The notes under the pieces are model-generated. The model was not told where the DNA came from and did not search any database. It was given only the letters and a program-made list of their open reading frames with translations. A program made the translations under genes and the position numbers. Positions 8,670 to 16,926 of a DNA stretch of 24,000 nt are shown one piece after another (position 1 is the first letter of the stretch; each line of letters opens with the position of its first letter). The stretch comes from Methylomicrobium agile (lineage in GTDB: Bacteria > Pseudomonadota > Gammaproteobacteria > Methylococcales > Methylomonadaceae), in contig NZ_JPOJ01000001.1 of assembly GCF_000733855.1 (NCBI RefSeq), positions 4,054,128-4,078,127 on the forward strand, written 5' to 3'.

Positions 8670-9116
8670 TTATTTCGCTAAAGTTTCCTTGAATTTTTTC
8701 AACAATCCCTTGGCAGGCTTAGCGTCGGCCTCGGTCTCGGCAATGCTGAAATATTTGTCAAGCGTCGACGACAAATCGGCGGGATTGCCTACCAGCATGA
8801 CGGCGCCCATCCGCGCACCCCAGTGAGGCGGGCATTTGAAAACATACAAGCCTTCTTTCTTGACTTCATAGTTATAGTCCGCGCCCATTTGGGAATGCAT
8901 CGGTTCCGCGCCTTCCGGCCACAGGTTGGCCACCGGATCGACAAAATGCCCGGTCATTTCCTTAAAAGCGATGATGTCGCCCACCTGCGCTTTAATCACG
9001 CTGGGCGCAAAGCTGATCCCCTGCCCTTTGACCACGATCGTTTCGGCCCGGCAGGCAAACGCCGCCATCATCAATACGTTGGCGGCCAAGAATAATATTT
9101 TATTTTTCGACATCAT
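8670..9116 (-). CDS. Pseudoazurin-type blue copper protein (cupredoxin), secreted
   Basis: 148 aa with a signal peptide MMSKNKILFLAANVLMMAAFACRA. Type-1 copper ligands in pseudoazurin spacing: His in MTGHFV, then KCPPHWGARM (C-x2-H-x4-M), followed by VMLVGNPADL as in known pseudoazurins. GAGGAAGAGG SD. Confidence 0.88.
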   Translation of the reverse strand: MMSKNKILFLAANVLMMAAFACRAETIVVKGQGISFAPSVIKAQVGDIIAFKEMTGHFVDPVANLWPEGAEPMHSQMGADYNYEVKKEGLYVFKCPPHWGARMGAVMLVGNPADLSSTLDKYFSIAETEADAKPAKGLLKKFKETLAK

Positions 9117-9249
9117 TTTTCCTCTTCCTCAATATTTAAAATTACAGCATCCCTGAAATTAACCGGCCGGCACGGCGCGAACGCCTTGCCGGCCCCAATG
9201 CTTGGCGAACCGAAAGGCCGCCAAATATTAGCCGGCATCCTTGCCAGCT

Positions 9250-9270
9250 AAAACCGGGAAACCGGTTTTT
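9250..9270 (-). terminator. Weak bidirectional hairpin downstream of the N-hydroxylase gene
   Basis: AAAACCGG-GAAA-CCGGTTTTT. On the minus strand this reads AAAACCGG UUUC CCGGUUUU, about 70 nt after the stop at 9341. Only 4 GC pairs. A stronger GC hairpin (GGCCGGCA..TGCCGGCC, 9165-9194) follows, with no clean U tract. Confidence 0.3.
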
Positions 9271-9340
9271 CTAGTACGCGCTCGGCCCACACCGGGCGCG
9301 CCCTAAAGAACTGGCGCAGAAATTCGGCCCGGCCGATGCT

Positions 9341-10684
9341 TCAAACTCGCCCCACTCGCAATAAGGTAGCCGTATCCTGGTTTTCCGATCCGGTCTGAGT
9401 CTTGGCCGGGTAATCTTCACCCCATTGCAGCGGCGATGGGCAGGGGTCGACATCGTAAATCGCCTCCTCCATCAGGCTATTGATGATGATCGCCGAGCGC
9501 CAGGCGGCCAGGCTAAGCTGGGCATCGGCCACGCCGTGGCTGTTCCGGCCCGCGTTCTGCATATAGATGCGGTGCTCGGCGGGACCGTCCCAAGGCACGC
9601 GGTAATCCTCGGTCAAACGGGGAAGACCGTCAGCGTCCAGATCGAGCCGGCCGCGCAGCGGCATCAAGCATTCGGGAAGCTGGTAACGGTAACCGGTCGC
9701 CAGGATGATTTTGTCGACAACCACGCTTTCGTCGGTATGGTTGAAACCGTTGCGCATGTACAAATGGAACGCATTTTTACCGCCGCTCATCAGATGCACC
9801 TCGCGATTCGGCAGGATCGCGTAAGGCGTGGTGTCGCAGTCGAGAAAATCGCTGTCGTAAAGATACTGCGACAAGGCTTGCAAGGTGGCCGGCGAAACTC
9901 CGTCGCCGGTCAATTTATGGGAACTGACGATCGGCGGTTTTCTGGCTTCCGGCAAGCGGTGGAAATTGCGCACATAATGGGGCGTAAAGTATTCGTTGAT
10001 AAAGGCGGTTTCATCGAGCGGATCCAGATTCTGCCGTCTGCTGAGCCAGACGATTTTTTCGGCCCGGCCCCGGTTTCCGGCCATTAAATCCAGAAAGATT
10101 TCCGCTCCGCTCTGGCCTCCGCCGATGATCGCGACGCGCTTCCCGGCCACCGAAAACTCCGACCCGACATAATGGTGGCTATGCAGGCAGTTATCGCCGA
10201 CGTAACGCTCGACCCAGGCGGGAATATTCAGTTTCATCCCAGTGGCGACAACCAGGTGACGGCTATGCACATTAGCCACCCCCTCGCCCCGCAAATCGAA
10301 ACCGTGCGTATCGAATGCCACCGAATCGACCGCCGTGCCGAAACTGAGGCTCGGCAACTGTTCTGCGGCCCAACGCAGATAGTCGGCAAACTCGATCCGC
10401 CGCACTCGTGGATATTCGGCATTGATAAAACGGTAAAAGCGGCCTTTTTTTACCAAATAGGACAAAAAACCATAGGAGTTGCTCGGATCGATCGGAGTCA
10501 CCAGGTCCTTCAAATAGGAAGTCTGCATCTGCGTACCGGGCAGCATCATCCCAGGATGCCAATTGAAGCTGTTCCGACGCTCGAAGAAACGCGCCCGGCA
10601 GTGCGGCACCTTCGACAGCAACGCGGCCAGGCTGAGATTAAAAGGCCCGATGCCGATGCCGGCCAGGTCAAGACGATCGTTCAT
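9341..10684 (-). CDS. Flavin-dependent lysine/ornithine/diamine N-hydroxylase (IucD/PvdA/SidA family)
   Basis: 447 aa. FAD motif GIGIGPFNLSLAALL (closer to the IucD/AlcA style than to PvdA), NADPH motif VAIIGGGQSGAEIF, and ILATGY near the C-terminus. AGGA SD 7 nt upstream. Confidence 0.88.
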   Translation of the reverse strand: MNDRLDLAGIGIGPFNLSLAALLSKVPHCRARFFERRNSFNWHPGMMLPGTQMQTSYLKDLVTPIDPSNSYGFLSYLVKKGRFYRFINAEYPRVRRIEFADYLRWAAEQLPSLSFGTAVDSVAFDTHGFDLRGEGVANVHSRHLVVATGMKLNIPAWVERYVGDNCLHSHHYVGSEFSVAGKRVAIIGGGQSGAEIFLDLMAGNRGRAEKIVWLSRRQNLDPLDETAFINEYFTPHYVRNFHRLPEARKPPIVSSHKLTGDGVSPATLQALSQYLYDSDFLDCDTTPYAILPNREVHLMSGGKNAFHLYMRNGFNHTDESVVVDKIILATGYRYQLPECLMPLRGRLDLDADGLPRLTEDYRVPWDGPAEHRIYMQNAGRNSHGVADAQLSLAAWRSAIIINSLMEEAIYDVDPCPSPLQWGEDYPAKTQTGSENQDTATLLRVGRV

Positions 10685-10723
10685 GACTGTTTCCTGTGAT
10701 TAAATTAATAAAAGATGGCGCGC

Positions 10724-13144
10724 TCATTCGGGTAGCCAATGTTGATGCGCCACCGCGTCGCGTTCGATGGTGTCACGCCCGGTCGTCAACGGCAGATAAC
10801 CGCCTTCCGCCCACGCCGAAGTCATGTCGCGGTAGTGGGGCGACCAAGGCCGGCCGGATTGGCCGGTACCCAGGATAAAGACCGAGTTGTCCGGCTCGGC
10901 CAGATCGTAAATCGCTCGAAATGCCGGCCCGGACTCTCCCAGGTAACGGCCCGTTTGCTCGTCGTAACGGTAGCCGCTGACGTTGACGGTATCCATGCCG
11001 CCGGCGCTTTCGGCTTCGACATTGAAGAACCGCCCCAATCCGGGCAGCCTGCCGAGCGGCTGATTGGCAAACACGCTGACATGCGCCCTGCCCCAGCGCC
11101 ATTGCGCCGGCTCGTCGCCGTAATGCCGGCGCAGTTCGGCGACGGCGTCCTGTAAAGCCTGGCGGATTTCGCCAGCGCAAGGCGTCGGCGCCGCAGCACC
11201 GCTTCGGCACCAGCGCCCGGCGCTGCCGTCGCGGTTATTGAGCACGCGGGCGAGAAACGCCGGGTTGTAATCGCCGACCAGCTCGTAAAATTGGCCCAAT
11301 TTGTCTTGCAGCAGAATGCCGTTCAAATGGCGCAGCCAAGCGGCGAATATCAAAGGCTGCGCGGCATCCGCCGCCATCCGGTAGTCCCAATCGCGCATAC
11401 TGCGCAATACTTGCCGGCTCGATTCATCCTCAACATCCACGTTCAACAGTAACGGCATCAGTTCGGCGGCGACCGGGTTAAACACATCGTTCTGCAAGGC
11501 CGCAAATGAGCGGACATCGTGACGCGCCCGTCGATCGAGCAAGTCCGAAATGCGCTCGGCCCGATACGGCAACGCCCAGCCCGAGGTAATGAAATGAGGA
11601 TAATCCTCGGGGGTGATTTTTTGGTTGGCGGTGACGATTTTGCCGCCGCTGCCGCCGCTTTGTTGCGGCAGTTGCTCGAAGGGAATCATCCCCTGCCAGT
11701 CGTATTGAGCCAGCCAGCCCGGCGCAGGCAACGCGCCGCGGAGTTCATTGCCTTGGGCACGCAGAGGCACTCTGCCGGCGGCGATAAAACCGATGCGTCC
11801 TTCGGCATCCGCATAGACGATGTTCTGCTGCGGGGAGTGAAAATCGCGCGCCGCCGCTTTCAGTTGCTCCGCGTTTTGCGCGCGGCCGGCGTTCAGCATG
11901 AAACGGACGGTCATGTCGTCGGCGCGCAAGCCGACCCAGCTCAGCGCCAGCGCCGTGCCCGGCGGCGTCGCCAGCCGGGCGTCGGCGTCGGCTGTGGAAA
12001 TGAGCGGTCCGTGCCGGCTGGCCCGGACAGTCAAGCGTTCATCCGGCGCACCCTTGACGCGCAAGGTTTCGGTAAATTCGGTAAACGCCGCCTCGCCGGC
12101 CGGCGTCCGATAATGCGCAGGATTGCCGGGCACCAGGCGCTCGACGAATACATCCTGGCTATCGGGGTTGGTATTGGTAAACGCCCAGGCGACTTGTTCG
12201 TTACGGCCCAATAAAATGCCGGGCACGCCGGGTAAACCGGCACCGATCACGTTCAAACCCGGCGCATGCAAATGGGCAAAGTACCAGGTCGACGGCGCGG
12301 TCAACGGCAGATGCGGATCGTTGGCCAGCAGCGGTTTACCGCTGACGCTGCGGCTGCCGTCAACCGCCCAGTTATTGGAACCGACGCTTTTGTCGGCTTC
12401 GTCCCGATGCTGCGCCAGCAAGCGGTCTGCCTGCGCAGCGACCGGCGCATACCATTTCGAAACATCAGGCAAGGTTTGCGGCGCATCGCCGGGATACGGC
12501 GGAAACAGGTCGGCCAATTGCACAGCCGGCAACCGACTTTGCAGGCGCAGATTGAGCAGTTCCTCCCACCAGTTGCCGGACAGGCGCCAGGCCATGATTT
12601 TCAACCAGGTCAGAGAATCCACCGGCCGCCAGGGCTCCGGCCGCGGCGCGCCGGCCAGGTAAAATTCGACCGGCAACCAGCGGCTCTGCGCGATGCCGGC
12701 GTTGACGCCTTTGGCGTAGGCCTGCAAGCTGGCTTGAGTGGCGGGATCGAGCCGCGCCCAGTTGGCCTCGGCGGCGCGGCGCAATCCCAAGGTGCGCATG
12801 AAACGGTCCTGCTCCAGGGCATCGGCGCCGAACAGTTCCGCCAGCCGGCCGGATCCGGCGCGACGGCTCAACTCCATTTGCCATAATCTTTCCCGAGCAT
12901 GCAGATAACCTAAAGCGAAATAGGCATCGTCGGCGCTTTGCGCATACACGTGCGGCACATCAAAGCGGTCCCGGTAAACCTCGACGGGTTGAATCAGCCC
13001 GGCCAACTCAAGCGTTTCATCGCGCGCACCGCTCGACTTCAGCCATAGACCCGATAGAATGGCGAGCATGCCGGCCAGCCACCAGAAGATCGGCCGATTT
13101 TTAATCGAACTGACGGGCTTGCCGAGCGATTCAACTGATTTCAT
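10724..13144 (-). CDS. pvdQ: Penicillin-acylase-family Ntn hydrolase, PvdQ-like siderophore/acyl-HSL acylase
   Basis: 806 aa with an N-terminal signal/anchor (IFWWLAGMLAILSGLWL). Autoprocessing nucleophile motif GSNNWAVDG followed by PLLANDPHL. Size and order match PvdQ/QuiP-type acylases. The symbol is by context only (FAAL-initiated NRPS plus PvdE-type exporter). Confidence 0.8.
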   Translation of the reverse strand: MKSVESLGKPVSSIKNRPIFWWLAGMLAILSGLWLKSSGARDETLELAGLIQPVEVYRDRFDVPHVYAQSADDAYFALGYLHARERLWQMELSRRAGSGRLAELFGADALEQDRFMRTLGLRRAAEANWARLDPATQASLQAYAKGVNAGIAQSRWLPVEFYLAGAPRPEPWRPVDSLTWLKIMAWRLSGNWWEELLNLRLQSRLPAVQLADLFPPYPGDAPQTLPDVSKWYAPVAAQADRLLAQHRDEADKSVGSNNWAVDGSRSVSGKPLLANDPHLPLTAPSTWYFAHLHAPGLNVIGAGLPGVPGILLGRNEQVAWAFTNTNPDSQDVFVERLVPGNPAHYRTPAGEAAFTEFTETLRVKGAPDERLTVRASRHGPLISTADADARLATPPGTALALSWVGLRADDMTVRFMLNAGRAQNAEQLKAAARDFHSPQQNIVYADAEGRIGFIAAGRVPLRAQGNELRGALPAPGWLAQYDWQGMIPFEQLPQQSGGSGGKIVTANQKITPEDYPHFITSGWALPYRAERISDLLDRRARHDVRSFAALQNDVFNPVAAELMPLLLNVDVEDESSRQVLRSMRDWDYRMAADAAQPLIFAAWLRHLNGILLQDKLGQFYELVGDYNPAFLARVLNNRDGSAGRWCRSGAAAPTPCAGEIRQALQDAVAELRRHYGDEPAQWRWGRAHVSVFANQPLGRLPGLGRFFNVEAESAGGMDTVNVSGYRYDEQTGRYLGESGPAFRAIYDLAEPDNSVFILGTGQSGRPWSPHYRDMTSAWAEGGYLPLTTGRDTIERDAVAHQHWLPE

Positions 13145-13226
13145 TGGGATGGAATATTGGGTGACAGCATCCGGTTGAACGGGCGCGGCAAACCCGGGCT
13201 TGCCACGCGCCGCGGATTGCGGATGT

Positions 13227-14225
13227 TTATTTTTTAGCCGTAATTTCCAGACTCCAGCCGCCTTTGATTTCGCCGTCGAACCAGTAGAAATCGTCGACGA
13301 CGACCAAGCGCCATTGTCCGGTCGGCGACATGCCGTTCAGACTGCTCAAAGTCGGGCCATTCAGCACTTTTTTGTGGGTGGTGGGATCATCGGCGACCAC
13401 GGTTCTCAAAACGGTGCCTGGCGTCAATGACACCGAATTGGTCGCCGTGTTGAATGCGGTCGTGGTGTCTAAAATCTCAGTAGAGAAATTAGGAAAATGA
13501 TCGCTATCAGGATTATTGTCGTAATCGGTCGGCTTAAAAGTTCTCAAAGACGTGTCAGTCCAGACGCCGACCCATTCGTTGTATATGATGTTATACAGGG
13601 GATTCGGGGTTCCATCACGATTCGTTTCTCTACCGCTCAAACGACCGTTATCCAATACCGAACGCGGCAGCGGCAATGTGGCGGAGTCGTCGAACTTCCA
13701 GTTCAAACCCGCTGCCGTGACACCCAAGACCCCGCCGTCCTCCGTCGCGCCGGCCGCGCTGACGTTGGAGGCCAGCATGACCCAGCGGCCATCGGGAGCC
13801 ACCAGCAGCATGTCCACATCATTCAGATAAGCGTGATGAATGTCTTTAATCACGACATTGATATCGGTGATCTTAGCGCCTTTCGGAAAAGCCGATTCCG
13901 GGACTTCGATAATCGACGCATAAGGCGTCGCAGGGGTCACCTGCACTGCCGGCGCATCATCGGCACTGTACTTATCCAGTAACGCCGCACATTCCGGTTC
14001 GTCGGGATCGGCGCATTCGTCATTGATCTTAATTGGCGTCGGATTGCTGAAAGTTCTCGAGCCCTTTTTCAATTTGGACATGTTGCCCCATTCGAACTCT
14101 TGCTCTTTTTTTATTACTTTGCCAGCCACGGCCAAATCCGTTTGCGCCAGCGACAGCGCCGCAATAACGGCTACCAAGGATTTAACCAAAGTAAAACCAG
14201 GGTGTTTTGAAGTTTTCTTATTCAT
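13227..14225 (-). CDS. Secreted protein with proprotein-convertase P-domain-like module, function unknown
   Basis: 332 aa with signal peptide LVKSLVAVIAALSLAQTDLAVA. P-domain-like strands ITDINVVIKDIHHAYLNDVDMLLVAPDGRWVML ... and C-terminal PTGQWRLVVVDDFYWFDGEIKGGWSLEI. No protease catalytic domain. First gene after the Fur box at 14311. Confidence 0.6.
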   Translation of the reverse strand: MNKKTSKHPGFTLVKSLVAVIAALSLAQTDLAVAGKVIKKEQEFEWGNMSKLKKGSRTFSNPTPIKINDECADPDEPECAALLDKYSADDAPAVQVTPATPYASIIEVPESAFPKGAKITDINVVIKDIHHAYLNDVDMLLVAPDGRWVMLASNVSAAGATEDGGVLGVTAAGLNWKFDDSATLPLPRSVLDNGRLSGRETNRDGTPNPLYNIIYNEWVGVWTDTSLRTFKPTDYDNNPDSDHFPNFSTEILDTTTAFNTATNSVSLTPGTVLRTVVADDPTTHKKVLNGPTLSSLNGMSPTGQWRLVVVDDFYWFDGEIKGGWSLEITAKK

Positions 14226-14310
14226 TGAATTACCTTATTCAGATTGATGGCTCATAGATAGTCCTATTCAGAGGGCGTCTGGCCCAAAAGCGATAACTAA
14301 CGCAATTCTA

Positions 14311-14329
14311 AATGAGAACGATTCTTATT
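14311..14329. promoter_or_regulatory. Fur box overlapping a candidate minus-strand promoter
   Basis: AATGAGAACGATTCTTATT matches the 7481 box at 16/19. Candidate promoter on the minus strand: -35 TTGACA (comp 14355-14350), 17-nt spacer, -10 CAAAAT (comp 14332-14327), about 100 nt upstream of the 14225 start. Confidence 0.6.
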
Positions 14330-14490
14330 TTGCTGTTAATCCTGATTTTTGTCAACCTTTTCTACTTTTTTATTTACAGATGTTTAGGTGAACTCCAAAA
14401 GTCTGTTCAATAAAAACCGTCTTTTCTTTGCCCAAGCGTTTCATAACCGCGAAAACTCGATTCGTCGGACGATCTCATCTCTCTTTTTCC

Positions 14491-14584
14491 GAAAGCGTTT
14501 TCATTATGAAGGACATGAATGCGGAGAGTGCCGGAATGGCGTGTTTGCCTGAAAGAGCCGTGTATCCGAAACGAAAATGCTCTA
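14491..14584. repeat. Degenerate, internally deleted relative of the 7839-8116 MITE
   Basis: CGAAAATGCTCTA (14572-14584) matches the right TIR at 12/13. TGCCGGAATGGCGTGTTT (14529-14546) matches 8060-8077 at 17/18. GAAAGCGTTTTCA (14491-14503) matches the left TIR at 10/13. Confidence 0.6.
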
Positions 14585-14638
14585 ACAACAAGAGCATCTA
14601 TCCACAGAAAAATAATAAATTTGTTGCAAATAGATATT

Positions 14639-14657
14639 GAGAATGATTATCATTTGT
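14639..14657. promoter_or_regulatory. Fur box upstream of the plus-strand export operon
   Basis: GAGAATGATTATCATTTGT matches GATAATGATAATCATTATC at 14/19. It lies 25 nt upstream of the ATG at 14682, in an AT-rich region with TTGCAA (14624-14629) and TATAAA (14657-14662) promoter-like hexamers nearby. Confidence 0.65.
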
Positions 14658-14681
14658 ATAAACGAATAACCGGAGCTCACC

Positions 14682-14924
14682 ATGAAATTCTTTCCCTCTT
14701 TGTTTAGCACGCCGGCAACCGTAAGACTGGAAATCGAACCGAACTTTCTAGCCTCTTTGTTAGCGAGTGGACATATCCACGTCGCCGACTTCCGCTGCCT
14801 GGATCTGAATTCGAAGCAGATCGTCTGGAAGATGTTGCTGTCGCTTGCCAAATCGAAGCTGGCCACGGCGAGGCATGGCTCGAAAGCCGTCAGTACGCTA
14901 TCCGAATCGACTTATCCATCCTAA
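14682..14924 (+). CDS. Small hypothetical protein (80 aa), Fur-box proximal
   Basis: GGAG SD 6 nt upstream of the ATG. Codon usage looks like the neighbouring genes. No family recognised (MKFFPSLFSTPATVRLEIEPNFLASLLASGHIHVADFRCLDL...). Confidence 0.45.
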   Translation: MKFFPSLFSTPATVRLEIEPNFLASLLASGHIHVADFRCLDLNSKQIVWKMLLSLAKSKLATARHGSKAVSTLSESTYPS

Positions 14925-14943
14925 CTGTCCGGAGAATTTGACC

Positions 14944-15159
14944 ATGTCTAACAAGCCCTGCAGCCATGAAGACCTCGCCAGCAACGCCGCCGGAAAAATA
15001 TTGATGTGCCATGAGTGCGGTGTCGTCCACCTGCTCTTGCCCAATCTGTCGTTGCGCCTGAACCTCGAACAATTCGCCGAATTCTCGGCATTGGCCGCAG
15101 AAGCGGCCAGAAAAATAGGCAAGCCAACGATCCTTCCGGCCGCCAACACCCGACATTGA
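14944..15159 (+). CDS. Small hypothetical protein (71 aa) with C-x-H ... C-x-x-C cluster
   Basis: Internal ATG of the 14845-15159 track ORF, with a GGAGAA SD 7 nt upstream, 19 nt after the previous stop. MSNKPCSHEDLASNAAGKILMCHECGVVHLL... has three Cys and several His that could form a small metal site. No family recognised. Confidence 0.5.
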   Translation: MSNKPCSHEDLASNAAGKILMCHECGVVHLLLPNLSLRLNLEQFAEFSALAAEAARKIGKPTILPAANTRH

Positions 15160-15181
15160 CTATCGCGCACAAAATCGTCCC

Positions 15182-16843
15182 ATGACCTTGCTCCGCTTAC
15201 TGTTCAACCGCTTCCGCTGGGCGCTACTATCGGTGCTCGCTCTGAGTATCGCCAGTGCCGGGTTATCGGTAGGGGTGATCGCTTTCACCAACGAGCGCAT
15301 GCTGCATCCGCAGAACGAATTGAGCTCTACCCTGATGCTGTTCGGCGGGTTGCTGGCGGCCGTATTCGTAATCGGCACCGCCTCGCAGATTTGCATGACC
15401 ACGCTCGGCCACCGCCTGGTTTACCAATTGCGCCGTACGCTGGTGAAACGCATCCTCGATACCGATCTGGAGCGGCTGGAACGGCTCGGCCCGCCGCGCC
15501 TGCTGGCCAGTCTGAACAGCGATACCAGCCACCTGACTTCCGCATTCATCAGTCTGCCGTCGGCGGTTTACGGGCTGGTCCTGAACCTGGGCGGCTTCGC
15601 CTATCTCGCCTGGCTGTCGCAGCCGCTGTTCGCCGCCACCGCCGGCTGGATGCTGCTGACCGTGATGGTCGGCTGGCTGCTGATGCGGCAAACCCACGCC
15701 CGCATCGATGCCGCCCGCGCTATCGAGGATTCACTCTACGAGGACTACCAGGCCGCCTTGCTGGGCCGCAAGGAATTGGCGCTGAACCGCCAACGCGCGG
15801 AACGGTTCTATCGGGACGAATTCGAACCGCATGCCGCCGCCAGCCGCGACCGCGAGACCGCCGCCGATATCTTCAACGGCTTTAACGAAAATTGGGCCAA
15901 CATGATGATTCTGGGGTCGATCGGCCTGGTGTTTTTCCTGGCGCACGGCGCCGGCTGGGCAGACCACGCGGTAGCGACGACCTACTCGCTGACGATCCTG
16001 TTTCTGCGCACGTCGCTGACCGGGCTGATTGCCGCGATTCCCAGCCTGATCGGCGGCAGCGTGGCGCTGGATAAGCTCAACAGCCTGCAATTGCCGGAAT
16101 ACCGCCCCGACTTTTCCGACCTGCCCCGAAATTTGACGTCGAACTGGCAAGCCCTGACTTTCCAGGGCGTGCGCTACCGCTATCCGGAAACAGAAGGCAG
16201 CAACCGTTTCGAGGTCGGCCCGCTCGACTTGACGCTGAAGGCAGGCGAAATCGTGTTCCTGATCGGCGGCAACGGCAGCGGCAAAACCACCTTTACCCGC
16301 CTGTTGACCGGCTTGTACCCTGCCCAGGCCGGAACCATTCTGTGGAACGGCTCCGCCTTGACCGAGCCGGATCGTCCGGCCTATCGCCGGCTGTTTTCCA
16401 CGGTGTTTTCCGACTTCCATTTGTTTCACCGCCTGCTCGGGCCGGACGGAAGCGATCCCGCCCCGGAAGAGATCGCTTATTGGCTGGAACGCCTGGAGCT
16501 GACTCACAAGGTCAAGGTCGGAGACGGCCGGCTGCAGGATAGCCGCCTGTCGCAAGGCCAGCGCAAGCGCCTGGCGCTATTGGCAGCGATCCTGGAAGAC
16601 CGGCCGGTCATGGTGCTGGACGAATGGGCCGCCGACCAGGATCCCGGCTATCGCCGCCGCTTTTACACCGAGTTGCTGCCGCTACTGAAAGCGCAGGGCA
16701 AAACCGTGCTCGCCGTCACTCACGACGAGCACTATTTCGATGTCGCCGATCGGGTCGTAAAAATGGACGAAGGGCGTTTACTGGAAATCGACTCACATCG
16801 CTTGCGAACTGAATCCACCTGCGTCTCGCAACTTGTTCAGTGA
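15182..16843 (+). CDS. pvdE: Cyclic-peptide/siderophore-type ABC exporter (fused TMD-NBD), PvdE-like
   Basis: 553 aa with an N-terminal six-helix-type hydrophobic half. Walker A GGNGSGKTT, signature LSQGQRKRLA, Walker B VMVLDEWAADQD, H-loop AVTHD. Length and layout match the PvdE/SyrD/YojI family. The symbol is by context. Confidence 0.8.
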   Translation: MTLLRLLFNRFRWALLSVLALSIASAGLSVGVIAFTNERMLHPQNELSSTLMLFGGLLAAVFVIGTASQICMTTLGHRLVYQLRRTLVKRILDTDLERLERLGPPRLLASLNSDTSHLTSAFISLPSAVYGLVLNLGGFAYLAWLSQPLFAATAGWMLLTVMVGWLLMRQTHARIDAARAIEDSLYEDYQAALLGRKELALNRQRAERFYRDEFEPHAAASRDRETAADIFNGFNENWANMMILGSIGLVFFLAHGAGWADHAVATTYSLTILFLRTSLTGLIAAIPSLIGGSVALDKLNSLQLPEYRPDFSDLPRNLTSNWQALTFQGVRYRYPETEGSNRFEVGPLDLTLKAGEIVFLIGGNGSGKTTFTRLLTGLYPAQAGTILWNGSALTEPDRPAYRRLFSTVFSDFHLFHRLLGPDGSDPAPEEIAYWLERLELTHKVKVGDGRLQDSRLSQGQRKRLALLAAILEDRPVMVLDEWAADQDPGYRRRFYTELLPLLKAQGKTVLAVTHDEHYFDVADRVVKMDEGRLLEIDSHRLRTESTCVSQLVQ

Positions 16844-16926
16844 TTTGATGGCTTTAAAAAAAAGCCGGACCGGCTCGTTCAGCAAGGACGGCCGAAGCCA
16901 TGACTTTCCAGGGTGCAGGATCGACG

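Noticed and set aside
13182-13211. GC-rich hairpin (GGCGCGGCAA..TTGCCACGCGCC) between the P-domain gene and the acylase gene, considered as a terminator
   Set aside because: On the transcribed (minus) strand it is not followed by a U tract, and the acylase gene starts about 40 nt later. It is more likely an intercistronic stem than a terminator.
14428-14707. Two overlapping ORFs (70 and 62 aa) in the AT-rich divergent promoter region
   Set aside because: They have no SD and lie across the MITE relic and the Fur box. Stop-poor AT-rich sequence easily gives such ORFs.
15263-16555. Minus-strand ORFs (144 aa and 274 aa) and the plus-strand off-frame ORF 15391-15885 inside the ABC exporter gene
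   Set aside because: They are shadow frames of a gene with unambiguous Walker A/B and signature motifs.
1-16843. Calling the siderophore a pyoverdine
   Set aside because: Only the FAAL start, the acylase and the exporter fit. No PvdM/N/O/P, PvdS or chromophore-specific modules are visible in the window, and the N-hydroxylase looks IucD-like. The product class cannot be named from this fragment.
16850-16874. Hairpins GGCTTT-A8-AAGCC / GCCGG-A-CCGGC after the exporter gene, considered as a terminator
   Set aside because: The A run precedes the stem on the plus strand, so it would only terminate antisense transcription. There is no T tract downstream on the coding strand.
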